64,000 bases of DNA, taken from Lytechinus pictus (taxonomy: Eukaryota). Each line of letters starts with the position of its first letter. The first letter of the stretch is position 1. The notes under the pieces were generated by a model, which was given only the letters and a program-made list of their open reading frames with translations, did no database searches and was not told the origin of the DNA. A program made the translations under genes and the position numbers. Location: positions 7,132,001-7,196,000 of the forward strand of contig NC_087252.1 in NCBI RefSeq assembly GCF_037042905.1. The letters run 5' to 3'. This document shows, piece by piece, positions 10,728 to 23,107 of this stretch.

Positions 10728-13601
10728 TTAATTATCCTTATGTGGGTTATGTCCATGTTTCATGAACTAGGCAAATGTACGCATTGAATCATGGACCCAA
10801 TGTTCTACTATTACAAGCATGAAAGTTAGGTTTACAAAAATATACTTATTCCTGTTTGGTTTTTACAGATCAACATGGACTTTGAAACAGAACATGGGCA
10901 CCTTTCTGACAATTTTATTTCAAAGTGGGAGTCGTTCTACCGAGACCGTATCATAAAATTAGGTTTGAGCTGGTATCCAGCGGTAAAAGAATCAATTCAA
11001 CAGTTTGAGAAAGGTGACAACAGTGAGTAAAGTTTTTATTTTTAAGGACTCCAGGCTGAAATTCAAATGATTTGAAAAAGTAGAGTAAAATATAAATCCA
11101 TTCGGAAGGTATTTGCGGTACAACCATGTAAGAGTTTGGAAACGCCACATTCCAAGCTGAATGCGCAGCTCGTCGTCAGGAGAACGAATGAAGATAAGAG
11201 CAAGATACAACAACTTATGTACATGTATGATGCTAGGTTTAGGCTGGAAAAAAAAGAAATTTAAAACAATAGTAAGAATAGAGTTGAGGTGAAAGAAGGA
11301 GGATGTGGCAGTGGAAGTAAGTAGGTTCGTGCATAGGAAAGAGGGGGAAACATCAAAGGGATTACTTCAATGGATATATAAAGATAGAACAGAACAATGG
11401 GAACTGAAGGGGATATAAAAGGTGCATAGAGCATAGAGGAGATCAAAGGAAGCGCCTTGGCATATATTGTGATATAACAAAGTTTAGTACATCAAGTCTT
11501 ATAGAGTAAAATATAACAAGCACAACACTAAAGATGTCATCAAAATTGGATAACGAAGTTACTTTTTTGTTTTTTGCATTTTTTTTCTTCAATAAATTGC
11601 TTTCATGCATATTCAATGAGCAAGCTGATGATATCACACCTCAACTTTTTATTTTGTATTTTATTATGTGAAATAATTATTCAAATTTTCTGCTCCAGAC
11701 ATAATAAACTAGGATGACTGACTCCTGATGGAATGTTTATGATCATTGTTGTTACTGAGTTATGTCCATATAAGGGATAGATTTTTTTATACACATATGA
11801 TGTGTAATTTTACTCTACTTTCCAAATTATCTGATTTCCAGCCTAGATTCCCCCTTTATTTCTGATTTATATTTATTGTCAGTTTGGTTGTGCAAAGAAA
11901 ATTTGTTTGCTGCTTTATCTAGGTGACAGCAGACAAAACATTAAAAGTTATCCGTTTTCAAATACTTAAGTGGCACTCTCCATTATTAAAAGATGTTCAG
12001 AGACCTAATGATCCAAACAACAGTTGTCTCCACACTTTTTGTCTTGCCTGAACAAAGTTTGGCAGAGACCTTGTAATCTCTCTCTCTCTCTATCACACAT
12101 GGAATTGTGATGAATGGATGGTACAATATATGCATTGCATTACAATGAGGAGATGATGCAATGTACATGTATGTACATCATTGCATCAAAGTGAGCAGAT
12201 AAGATATAATCTTTACCTACTATCATTACATGATAATAAGGGAGTGTGCCAAAGTTAATTGAACATATTAAATTATAATATCATAATATTTATCGTTTAC
12301 AGGAGACCTGTGTGCTTTAACTGCACTGTTGCTGATGTTACATAAGCCACTGACAAAGACCAAGAACCCCACCTCGAGTTCAAGAGCATCGAGTTTGGAG
12401 CACTTCATCCAGTACAGACCTGTAAGTAGTCAATTAGTGAATATGCGAATTTTGGGTTTCCTACCAGACATCAATTTATCCTTAAATTCCTGTCCCACAA
12501 TACTTCTCTTTTGGTGTGTGTTTCTTGCTATTTTCACAAATTTTTTCCATCTGTTTTTTTCTGTCTGTCCCTCTCTTCATTGGGTTTTTCTCCACCCGGC
12601 CCAATTAGTCTATGTTAGTTTTTTTTCTTTTGTTCCCGGGCTTTGTGCCACCTCTTTATGAATCTTCCTTTACATTGGTTAATGCCATTCCCCCCTTGAC
12701 TTTTCACTATGAAAACTTTTCTATTTTTCTGTGTATCCTATGTATTAAGAATTGTGAATGATCATTAAAAAGAAATTAATTGTAGTATTTATTTATCCAA
12801 CAACAATATCAACTTCATGTATAATAACAAATGCAAAAATATGAACAAAGAAAAATTATAATATGATTACAAATTGCAGAGCCAGAACTTGAAAGAGGCC
12901 ATAGAAATATAATGCAGTGGTGTATGTCATCCTGAAGATGCATTCCAATATCTTATGAAATGCAAATTCCAGCTGTGCAGGCATGTATACATGCATTCAT
13001 TAATCTCTCCTTCACTGGCAAAATATAATTGTTGGCTTATAAATATTGTTGGCTGTTTATGGATCGTGGCAGCCTCCCAATACTTCATTCATGGGGTTGT
13101 TTCAAATATACTACAGGTTTACATCATGTAATTTTTTTCCTCCCTGTTTGAATACGAGAGTAATTAGGTTCTACATTTGTTTGAATATGATATTGTTGGG
13201 GCCTATGCTTTTAAAATTTGTAGCTTATGTTGTCAATGCTCAACTATCACTTCTTTCTGCTTCTTTGCCAGATTGGGACAGATGTTCAAGTGGCAGCAGC
13301 TAGGAAGTCTGCTGAGTTTCGGCAGCCCTATATTCTAGCCCTTGGACACAGACGCAAGCCACTACAATCTTGCGGATTGAACTACTTCTTCAGTTTTCAA
13401 CCAATATTCATGAAATTTGGCACATACATTGGTCTGCTTGTGAGGATGTGCAGACACATTTTTCACAAAAGTAACTAGAAGACAAGGTGATATCTAGTTT
13501 GATATTACATTGCTGAGAGTGATTTATTATTCATGAGTCATAAGGTAAAGAATCAAGCAGAATTTACAGGGTCTTGCATTAAGACATAAAGACAAATTTA
13601 A

Positions 13602-14292
13602 CCCTAAATAGACTGGGGAGGGGGAGGGTAAAAGGCCCCCCTTGAATTTTTTTTGCAATAAATTTGTCGATAAATCTCATGCAACTTTTGAGACCAAATT
13701 TGCGACGCCTGGGTATGCAGTCCGAAATTATGCATAATTATGTAAGTGCATGTCAGTCCCAAAATTGCTCAAAATGCTAATTCTGTTTGTAGCCTAAATT
13801 CATAGCGTTCTCTTTACTTTTACTGATTAAAATCAATTAATTTCATGTTGTTTAAGATCATAAAATTATTGTCGACAATTTCCATCCAAAAATAAGTCAA
13901 AAACAAAGAAATACATATGAAATTTCAAAAACAATTAAATACTTAAAACACTTTGATACTGATTATTTTTTGATGTGCATTTGGTCAGAATCTCACAGGG
14001 AGTCTCTAAACAAAAGATTAGCGGTACAAGGGCCTTATAATTTAAAACAGTCAAATTCTAATTTCATGCATAAATTAGGATAATGAATAACAAATTAATT
14101 TGAATAATTTTGGAACAATCAAATAGTATACAGTTTTGTAGATTAAGTCATGGGTGACGTGCATGACTATTTTCGTTTTTTGATTGCGCGATCAACAAAG
14201 CCGAGATTGGGCCTTAAGGGCATTTAACCCCCCCCCCCCCCCCCCCCCCAAACAGTCTTTCCATACTCCAAAATACTCCAGTCTGATTAAGG
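13602..14292. mobile_element. piggyBac-type MITE
   Basis: TTAA|CCCTAAATAGACTGG...CCAGTCTGATTAAGG|TTAA. Confidence 0.78.
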
Positions 14293-14659
14293 TTAAACTT
14301 TCATTTTCATATTTATTTTGCTCTTTTTGTCTCACCTGAACAAAGTTTAGCCAAGACTTTAATAGTAATTAATCACGGTCCCTGTTGGTCTGTTATTCTG
14401 TTACAACAATCTGAAAGTTTTTGTTTAACTTGCTCTCATTTCTTTATTTCTGCAATTTATGAATTTGAGTACACATGACTATAATTAATTATGCCATGAA
14501 AATATTTACTGTGACACTGATTAGCGCTGAAACACAACTTGTATTGTAAACTCTTTGAATATTATGCATTGCCTGGTCCCTTATCCCTTCCTTATTATAT
14601 ATATAATTTATTTTGTGTATTTTTATGAATTTATATCAAATCACAGCACTTAATATCAT

Positions 14660-15380
14660 AATTATACCCCCGCCAAATGAAGTTTGAAGGGGGTATATAG
14701 TAATCAGCGTATGGTCGGGCGGGCGGTCCATTGCAAACCTTGTGGATCAGACTACTTATTTTTCAACCAATACTTTTGGCACATACATTGTTCTTGGTGT
14801 GAGGATGTGCAAGACACATTTTTCACATGTGTCGAAAACTGGGTTGCCATGGTAACGTCATGTAATGTCATAAAATTGGTTAAAAATATTGTGGATCGAA
14901 CTTCTTCCTCAGTTTTCAACCAATACTCATGAAATTTGGCACATACATTGGTCTTGGTGTGAGGATGTTCAGGACACATTTTCCACATGTTTCGGAAACT
15001 GTGTTGCCATGGTAACGGCATGTTATGTCAGAAAATTTGGTAAAAATCTTGCGGATCGAACTATACTTCCTCAATTTTCAACCAATACTCATGAAATTCG
15101 GCACATACATTGGTCTTGGTGTGAGGATGTGCAAGACACATTTTTCACATGTTTCGGAAACTGTTTCCATGGTAACGGCACATATAATGTCAGAAAATTT
15201 GGTAAAAATCTTGCGGATCGAACTACTTTCTCAGTTTTTAACCAATTTGGCACAAACATTTGTCTTGGTGTGAGGATGTGCAAGACACATTTTTCACGTG
15301 TCGAAAATTGTGTTGTCATGGTAACAGCATGTTATTGATGGGGCGGGGGTATTAATCACCTTCGGTTATATTTCTAGTTC
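14660..15380 (+). mobile_element. Helentron-associated (DINE-1/HINE-like) element with an internal tandem array of about 160-bp units (about 4 copies)
   Basis: Subterminal inverted repeat ATACCCCCGCC / GGCGGGGGTAT; GGATCGAACT recurs at 14893, 15053, 15215; 3' end ...TTTCTAGTT. One more partial unit at 13368-13470. Confidence 0.7.
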
Positions 15381-16131
15381 ACCTTATAATTGTACAGAAT
15401 ATTTAATGTTTCTACTTTCATTATATTGAGAATTGATTGTACAATGGTCTTCATAATCACATTACACTCTGATGTGTATTGTTGCAATGTAAATAATTCT
15501 TTGAAAGCATTGAATTTTTAATGTTAACTGATGAAATGTGTATTGTTGCAATGTATACACTGCTTTGAAAGCTGTTAGAGATTCAACCTTCCCCCTCAAG
15601 TGTATTCTTAATCCTTTGTATTATGTAATGCACAATAGTGCTCTGGAGTGAATAGTGAGTAGTTAGGCTCAGTGGTTAGGCTCCATCGCACTTAATTGTA
15701 ATTAACATACTCAGCATTTTTGAACTGGGTGGGTTGCCTGTTTTAGCAGGAGTACCTCACTATCTGCACAGCTTTCACACAGGCAGGACCTATTGGTCCT
15801 TGGGTCCAGTTGGGTGATTGGAAATGGAGAGTTAGAGTTTTAAGCCAAACACTTGCGCTACAATAAAACTATATTCCAGAGTCAAGATTCACTAAACCAA
15901 CATGGAGGCCTGTTCCTGATTTCCTGCATTTAGTCATCCCAGTCAAACTGTAAGTTTAGTTGTTTTTTTGTCTCATTTATGTCTTGGATTTTTATTATTC
16001 ATTGAGAATAACAAAAGGTCAAAGAAAACCTCTAAAATGTGAGATGTGAAAGATGCTAACTATATTTTTTCATTAAAAGATTATTATATGTCAACAAGAA
16101 TTCCATCTGTTGAAATATTGAAAGGTCTTAA

Positions 16132-17736
16132 AGTTGAATTAAGAAGACGATTCCAAATATTGATATATTTACATTCATAGCAACCTTACAACCCCCCAAA
16201 CACTAAGAGGTGATTCGAGCCCCCATTTTCTTTTTTCAAAATAGTGAATTTAAACGATTTATCCCTACCCATTTTCCCTGAGTTCGCTCCTGCAATGCCT
16301 AGCGAGACGGGTGTTAGCTGAGCTGTGACGTCACCGGAGGGTATTCGGTCCCGGTGTAGTAAACAAAGCAGTGCCGTTTTGTGTACTATGCACGTACGCC
16401 TACATATTTACTTGTGTCAAAACTTAATTTTATCGCTATTGATTTTATGTGAACGATATTGAAAGGAAGTAATAATTATTCAAAGTCATATATAGTCAAT
16501 AATATGTCCATACATTGTTAAAACTGTTCTTCTTTGTAGCGATTTTAGACGATTTTATTGCCTCGTTTTCGTTCGGGACTGTGTCCGTGGCGAAACAAGT
16601 CATTAATGGAATAAACTGCAGTTGAAGTTGTATATCTGCGAGCCCGAGAACTTGCAAAGAGGAAATGATTAAAATTATATTTATGGCCGTACTATTATTC
16701 CAATTATGTAAATTCCCTCGGAATGATACCATAGACCCTAAAGGAATAATTTCAAGGTGAATAATAAGAAATTTGATCAAGATCTCACCAGTCGATAACG
16801 TAGCAGACGTGTTATTATGACATATTTATCCGCGTGTGACGCGGCTCTTGCAAAAAACACAGTTGGTTGCGGAATTGCTTTGTGCCGACCGGCCGCCCGC
16901 TCTGGCGCAGCCGAGTAGCTGTCGAGCTACCGTACCGCATACCTTTCTTGCTGTCTTCAACTCACTTGCGAATTGCGTTTGTATACATGTGTGACGGTGA
17001 CCTAGCGTAAATATAGAAAGCAACTCGGACGGTCGAGAAGAATAGTACGTTTGATTCAAGATTGTTCTTTTGAATGAGTGGAAATGATCCAGAGGATATA
17101 AAAATGGAGTCAAAGACAAAATGAAAGAAGAAAAAGACACCAGGGGATCGCTGCATATGGTCATGAACTGCGGGTCGACATACCAGACTATGCCTGGGTG
17201 TTGTGTGCATTCTATAGGCGTGCAGCGCGCGCAGAGCTGAGCTAGCCGCCGGAATTACTTTCCAGCTACTCACTTGATGGAACATCGTGATAAAATAAAT
17301 GAGAAATAGTGAAAATATCATTCAATAACTCGCTGTTTGCAACCTTGCATCATGATTTAAGAGTTCATGATAATGATTCATACTGTGTTTTATACAGGGA
17401 AAGGAAAGATTTGTACAAATGATTCCTATTTGTTTGATTTGAGTTGCTTTGAAAATTTTTTATAAAATCATCATTCTCTCTCTGCATAGCATTTCTGTAT
17501 TACACCCGGGCACCTCTTATACTAAATTCCCTTCGGTGACGTCACACTCATAGTGATTTTTCTGTACACTCGTCTCTCGGGCTCTGACAGGTGGCTAATT
17601 TCATAGACTTTCAAAGCAAAATATCGAGAAGGCAGAGGGTTTTTGTGACATGCTTTCTGTTTGAACAACTGATATATACTATATATTGTGTGTGGAACCT
17701 ATATTTATGGAAACTCACCCCCTTCTTAATTCAACT
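16132..17736. mobile_element. Non-autonomous Kolobok-type DNA transposon, 1.6 kb
   Basis: TTAA|AGTTGAATTAAGAAG...CTTCTTAATTCAACT|TTAA, a perfect 15-bp TIR. Confidence 0.85.
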
Positions 17737-18699
17737 TTAAAATGATATTCTTAAAATATATAAGAAACTTTGCTTTTCCTAAGCATTAATGGATTATGGA
17801 AAGTGTTTCTCATGTCATGGAATTTCTTTGTATGAAATGTTAGATTTAAGAGAAATGATGATGCTTTCTTTTCAATGACCGAATTATGTCATTCTAGATT
17901 ATACTTGAATACTTGAATTAAGCTAGGGAAATGATGTTTCCTTGAATATAGATAACCTATTATGTTATGGTTATTGTCCTATATGTATTCCGTAGACTTT
18001 TTAAGTTTTGGAAACTGCTTAATTGTAGATGGGTTCTTCTTCATCTACCTGGGAGTTCACCAAGTGGTTCTTCAGAAGTAAAGAAGTCTGGCAGCTCATT
18101 TTCAGCCATTGACCAGACCAGTCAAGAGTAGGAGTAAAGGTTTATTAGAGGGCACCCACCAAGAACGGACAGCACCCTCGCTGACAAGATCTGATGATGG
18201 TCGTTTATCATCGCCCGTTTTACTCATTCGTTACTCCTCATGAATTTTTAGCAGGAAGCAACAGTTGATTAAAGTGGGTTATTTTATTTATACCCTCCAG
18301 AGACTTAAAGCATTGTTTTGTAACCATATATATACTATTGTGTAACTTCCTTCGAGTTGAATATATTTTTGTTATTATTGTTTATCTTCTGTTTATTCTG
18401 GTCCACCAAAACCAGAAGATTGAATTTAAATGTTGGAAGTTGAAGCCGGAAAACGAGTAATAAAACTAAACATATTTTATTTGTTGAACTAAATAATAAT
18501 TGTCTTCCATGGTCATTTATTTAGTTTTACAGTAGTGAGTTGAGAGAGTCACCATTCGACACAAGTTATGTCCATTTGAATTTATTCAGGTGTGACAAAA
18601 GCGTTGAATTCTGAATGTTAACTGATGAAATGTTATGAAAATAAAGCTGTAAAAGCACCCATTTCTTAATTTCATATTGTGTACTGTTTTTTAGATTGT

Positions 18700-18919
18700 G
18701 AAAGTGTTAATCTAGAAAGGGATTTATAGTTAATTAATAACTGATTAGTTTTTAATCTAATTTGATTATAATTGATGTAATCTTCCTGAAGATTAAAAAT
18801 GAGTAATCCAAGAAAAGTTTACTTTTTAATCTGAAGGGATTTTCCCTCAGGACAATCTGAGCTGGATTAAAAAGTTAATCTATTTGATTACAATTATAAT
18901 CGCTCGAATTTAGAGAGTA
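18700..18919. repeat. Possible right end of the CACTA/EnSpm-like element (subterminal repeats)
   Basis: Repeated AATCTA.TTTGATTA.AATT and TTTTTAATC/GATTAAAAA motifs ending TTTAGAGAGTA. No matching left end was found. Confidence 0.35.
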
Positions 18920-19126
18920 TACTACACATTGTTTAGCGTAATTTGTCTTTTCACAGATAGGTTTTAAGTAGCCAATCAAAAATTGGTATCAAGGTGACGT
19001 CTTATCGGCTTTAGATTATGTTCAGTCGATTTTACGCCCAAAATTACCCGTAATCAACATGTTGAAATAAAAATCTAACACGGAATATAATTATGGCGCA
19101 CTTTCAACTCATTCTGGCCCACTGTG

Positions 19127-19414
19127 CGGCGGTATCAAAGGCCGTATCCCGCTCTGACTATATTATTTGGCTTAGATTTGATGCAGCTTTGTCTTTTCTG
19201 AACAAGTCCACATCTAACCCCTGATAGACAATAGAACTGAAATACATATTTAATAAGGACAGACATGAAGCATTCCAATTCATCAACCAACTTAGTTCTA
19301 CGAAAAACAGTAGGCCCTATTATTTTCTGAAAAAATATGTCAGTCAGATCTCAGATTTAAATACTGTTTTTCGTAGAACTAAGTCAGAGCGGGATACGGC
19401 CTTTGATACCGCCG
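19127..19414. mobile_element. 288-bp MITE with perfect 33-bp TIR and 3-bp TSD; superfamily unassigned
   Basis: GTG|CGGCGGTATCAAAGGCCGTATCCCGCTCTGACT...AGTCAGAGCGGGATACGGCCTTTGATACCGCCG|GTG, plus an internal 23-bp inverted repeat (19290 / about 19362-19384). Confidence 0.85.
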
Positions 19415-21338
19415 GTGCCAGCCTGCTGCGAAATTGCCGATGTAGGCTAGGTCATTAGGTGTTGGGAATGGTAATATGGAAATTGTGGTTTACGTACGTA
19501 CCGGTAGTAAACTGCACATAAGGCCCTGACTGCGACGCCGAACCCCAGCAAACACATTACAATTACAACTGAGATCAAAGCACAAAATTTGAACTTCACT
19601 TACTTTAATTTGTATGGAATGCCATTACTCTGATGTAGATGTTCCCTCAAAGATTTTCTGCTCAACTGAATTTCACTCAGAAATCATGATTTTGGACACA
19701 AATTCTATAAACAGATAATTAGTCTTGCTATTCTATTTTAAAAAGTTGAATTTCGAAGTCCAAAAGAACGACACTTCGCATAGATATCGTAGGGAATTGT
19801 GGGACGGAAAAAATGTTTAATACATGAGGACATGAATAAAATATTAGCGTCTTATCCAATCATACAAGTGCATTATGCGTATTTTTACGTCATTACTCAT
19901 GAATTAAACATTGACCTTCCAAAATCAACCTTCAAATTGGCCAAATGGCAGCCATGTTTGTTATGTACAAAAAACCTATGGAAAATCAAAAACGCGCGGA
20001 AAGAGTTCCCTCTCTAGCTCCCTTCGGGGGCTTATACGTATACGTAAGATCCAAAGACCTTATAATATATTACTAGACCCCGACTAGACCTAAAGCTGCG
20101 TGCGCGTTCAGCGCAAAACAAATGAGATTAGGCTCCGCCTACCGCGATCATTTGAAGACAAAAATAAGCCCTCATTGACATTCATGAGCATGAAGATATT
20201 CATAATCCGGCCTTTTCATTGGCTAAGAGCGTCATTAATACGCGATTTCCCCGATTCTTTGTCATCGATACTAGTGGTATCGTGTTACAGAATTAATTTT
20301 TTTTTTTTATAATAATAATAATTCATTTGACCTCATTACGTCATCTAATTTATTCATTCTGAAACTTTTCTTTCCACACGAAAAATGGACCTACGAACAC
20401 TCCGGTGAGTACGTATAAATTGATATAACCACATGAATTCAGTAGACTATTTACACATTTCACACTGTGATCTTAGGTTATTTCTTTAACTAATTAGAGA
20501 GTTTGCTATCATTCTTATGTTAAAGGAAAACATAATTTGGTCTTTAAAATTAAAGTTAGTAAAGCAGCTGGGGTCAGTAAATGAACACCACTGCTCGATG
20601 ATTAGAATTATGTAAATAAATAGGGGTGGGATCGACAAACTCACCAAGGAGCGTTGTCCAAGTTCAAATTCTGCTAGTCAGCCATATCAGTCAAATCCAC
20701 CGCAGCATGGAGGGTGACGTCACAATTATAGATTGGGGGAGGGATAGGGAAATACGAAGCTACTTCAGACCCCCCCCCCCCCCCCCCCCCGTTTAAAAAA
20801 ATGTTGGTCATATTTCCAAAATAATTAAAAATGTGGACAAAATTCGGCCACCCAATTTTGAGCGACTATTTTCCTTTTTTTTTTTTTTTTGAAAATCCTC
20901 CCCCCCCCCCAAGAACACAGGGGCCGAAACTCTGAAAACAAATTTGGATCAAAACGATCCAATAGGCCATATGATATCAAATTTAAAAACCAAAACAACA
21001 CCAATTTAGTATCCAAAAATGGCCAAAACACATTGGGAATTTGGCGAATACCCGGTATTATTTTCGCCCGAACATTCCCTCAAAGAAGGGATAATTTTCT
21101 AATGGGCAATATTTAATTGACCGCTGGAAACCAAAAACCTAACTTTATCTAAGCAGTTGCCCTAATGACCGGATCACAACGCATGATAGCATTGCTCCGA
21201 GTCTCCCGGGCAATCTCCGGGTGCTCCTCAGAGATAATCTATCTCTGAAGCAATCCCTGATCCAAGTCAGGGTTTCCCAAGGATTTCATCTCGGGAAATC
21301 TGCTAATGCCAGGATCCCATAGCCTCCTCTGCCAGGTG

Positions 21339-22118
21339 TCAGGCAGTGCCACTGGCTGTCCCTTCCTGGAAGGGAATCCTGCTGAAATGCAGCAGGATAT
21401 TGGCTATACCAGTATGGACTGATCCTGGATTGCAGAAATCTAGCTGTATCAGTGGATCAGCTTGACCTAACAGCTCCAAAGCCATGTTCTTATGCTTAGC
21501 AAGCCGCCAATCCAGGGAAACCGCATCCAGGTTTTGTGGGGCAGACCCAGGAGTTTCTGGGCTAAGCATACAGCTTTGTTCCTGCCCTACATTATTAAAT
21601 TCTTCCAAGTCTTCAGTTCTGGGGAATCCGGAATGGGCTCCTGATGACATAGGTATAAAGGCCATAGAACTGGTACTAAGGCGGTAGATAATTACATCCT
21701 CTGGATCCGCCTCCAGTTCATTCTCTGACGGATTCGCCAAAGAGTCACTGGCTTGTATACTCTGATTCAGAGTAACCAGTGGGATTGATTCGAGAACTGT
21801 TGAGAGATCCATGAGATCACCAAGATCTGTACTGAGATCTATAAGATCGTTCAGATCTGTATGGAGATCTATAAGGTCTCCAGGATCTGTCTCATAGTCT
21901 ATGTGATCTCCCACATCCGTCTCGAGATCAATTAGGTCGCCGGCACGCGTCTGTTCTTCAGGATTGCCGGGGCTTGCGCACCATAGTGATACTTTAGCCA
22001 CAGCATCTATACCCTGTTGGTCGCTTGCTGGTGTAGCCGGATCTATTCTTGACCCGGGTTGGCCGATCGGTTCCTGGGTCGAGATTCGGCCATCATTCCC
22101 GACCCGACATCGTTTCCC
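21339..22118 (-). CDS. Unknown acidic ORF in the -1 frame of gag, reachable through GGGAAC-type slippery site GGGAAAC at 22118-22112
   Basis: Frame open from 22124 to 21339 (about 260 codons); five 10-aa repeats (G/N)D(L/H)(I/M)D(L/Y)xT; no pol motifs. Confidence 0.55.
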   Translation of the reverse strand, partial: GKRCRVGNDGRISTQEPIGQPGSRIDPATPASDQQGIDAVAKVSLWCASPGNPEEQTRAGDLIDLETDVGDHIDYETDPGDLIDLHTDLNDLIDLSTDLGDLMDLSTVLESIPLVTLNQSIQASDSLANPSENELEADPEDVIIYRLSTSSMAFIPMSSGAHSGFPRTEDLEEFNNVGQEQSCMLSPETPGSAPQNLDAVSLDWRLAKHKNMALELLGQADPLIQLDFCNPGSVHTGIANILLHFSRIPFQEGTASGTA

Positions 22119-23107
22119 TCGAGGTCAAGGAAAGAAACCGAGGGCATTTTATTCCTCAGTGCATGGTCTCCGGAAAGACACGTCTTCATTGCCTCAATGG
22201 ATTCGCATAGCTTGGCCACACTACTAGAGATCATATCCAGTCGGCCTTCAAGCCCATCCAGTCGTTCGACCAGATTCCCCATGCCGATGGGGTTGAACTG
22301 GTTGGTTCTTGTACCAGTACATGTAGATGGGAGGGCATTCCCTGTATTGCTCTGCGGACAGTTAGGAATTGGATGGACTTGGTTTACTATCCGCATACAG
22401 GGATTATCTGCACGAGCTGCGGCTACTCTTGCAGGCTTTGTTCGGCCAAACACAGCATTATGGGAGTGCTGGGCCCAACGGATAGCCTCAGCTGCTGACT
22501 CCACCGACTGGGGTCGGTGATTCAGGGCTTGGTACCCCGCATTGTGATCATGTGCTCCTTGGCACATGCGAAGTACCAGCTGCTGCTGGAGAAAACTCTC
22601 CGGACTACCCGGGAACGCGCGAACCGCAAGATCTTGAAGGCGATCCACCCACTCCTCCAAAGACTCACTGGCCTCCTGTTTGGCAGCCATTAACTGTAAT
22701 TGGGAGGACTCGGGTAATTCTGATAAGTTGAACCGGGCAGCCATCTTCCGGATGGCAACAGTGAAATCCATAACTGGATTCTGTGCGGCCAATCTATCGT
22801 AATAAGCAAGAGCTTTGCCCTCAAGGCACCAACAAAGATAGGCCAAGCTTTCCTGGCCATCCCATTCTTGGTCTGCTGCCAGAAGTGAGAACTTCCGGAA
22901 GAATGGATCCCATTTTGTATTGCCGTCAAAAGAAAGGCCTTTCGGCAATTCCTGAAAGAATATGCCTGCACGTGAGCGAACCCTAAAACTTGCTGGTTGG
23001 GGCATGTGCCCAAAGACTGGGGCACTTGGAGGCACCGCTCGAATATATGGATAAGGCGGTGTATGCCCCGGGTTAGCATAGTGGGGAGATCTTCCATCGG
23101 AGGAAGA
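22043..23107 (-). CDS. Gag-like protein (capsid region); N-terminal part split by frameshifts (upstream pieces 23238-23110 and 23639-23256)
   Basis: FDGNTKWDPFFRKF...W...L...LEGKALAYY...KQEASESLEEWVDRLQDLAVRAFP, a retrotransposon gag MHR-like pattern; includes PSAP. Confidence 0.85.
   Translation of the reverse strand, partial: SSSDGRSPHYANPGHTPPYPYIRAVPPSAPVFGHMPQPASFRVRSRAGIFFQELPKGLSFDGNTKWDPFFRKFSLLAADQEWDGQESLAYLCWCLEGKALAYYDRLAAQNPVMDFTVAIRKMAARFNLSELPESSQLQLMAAKQEASESLEEWVDRLQDLAVRAFPGSPESFLQQQLVLRMCQGAHDHNAGYQALNHRPQSVESAAEAIRWAQHSHNAVFGRTKPARVAAARADNPCMRIVNQVHPIPNCPQSNTGNALPSTCTGTRTNQFNPIGMGNLVERLDGLEGRLDMISSSVAKLCESIEAMKTCLSGDHALRNKMPSVSFLDLEGNDVGSGMMAESRPRNRSANPGQE

Larger units (their letters stand above)
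5233..13367 (+). pseudogene. Spliced gene resembling the SAMD3-like accessory ORF of animal CACTA/EnSpm transposons. Exons 5233-5293, 7817-7984, 8781-8948, 10869-11022, 12303-12421, 13272-about 13367 (truncated)
   Basis: Stop-free exons at canonical splice sites, with matching phases from exon 2 on: MAELEYILKDFGEEIIQILK / EHFFSENEGFIEYRFKNMR... / VNWMKHT...FKDTAAYRQMM...FPRIQEMPEL / INMDFE...NFISKWESFY... / DLCALTALLLML...HFIQYRP / IGTDV...RQPYILALG. Exon 1 ends in phase 1 and exon 2 starts in phase 0, so exons are missing. Family call is from recalled motifs. Confidence 0.72.

Noticed and set aside
14684..15338. Cys/His/Trp-rich repetitive ORFs resembling zinc fingers
   Set aside because: Translation artefacts of the 160-bp tandem repeat.
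17190..17215. THAP start (MPGCCV) inside the Kolobok element
   Set aside because: The downstream THAP residues are absent.
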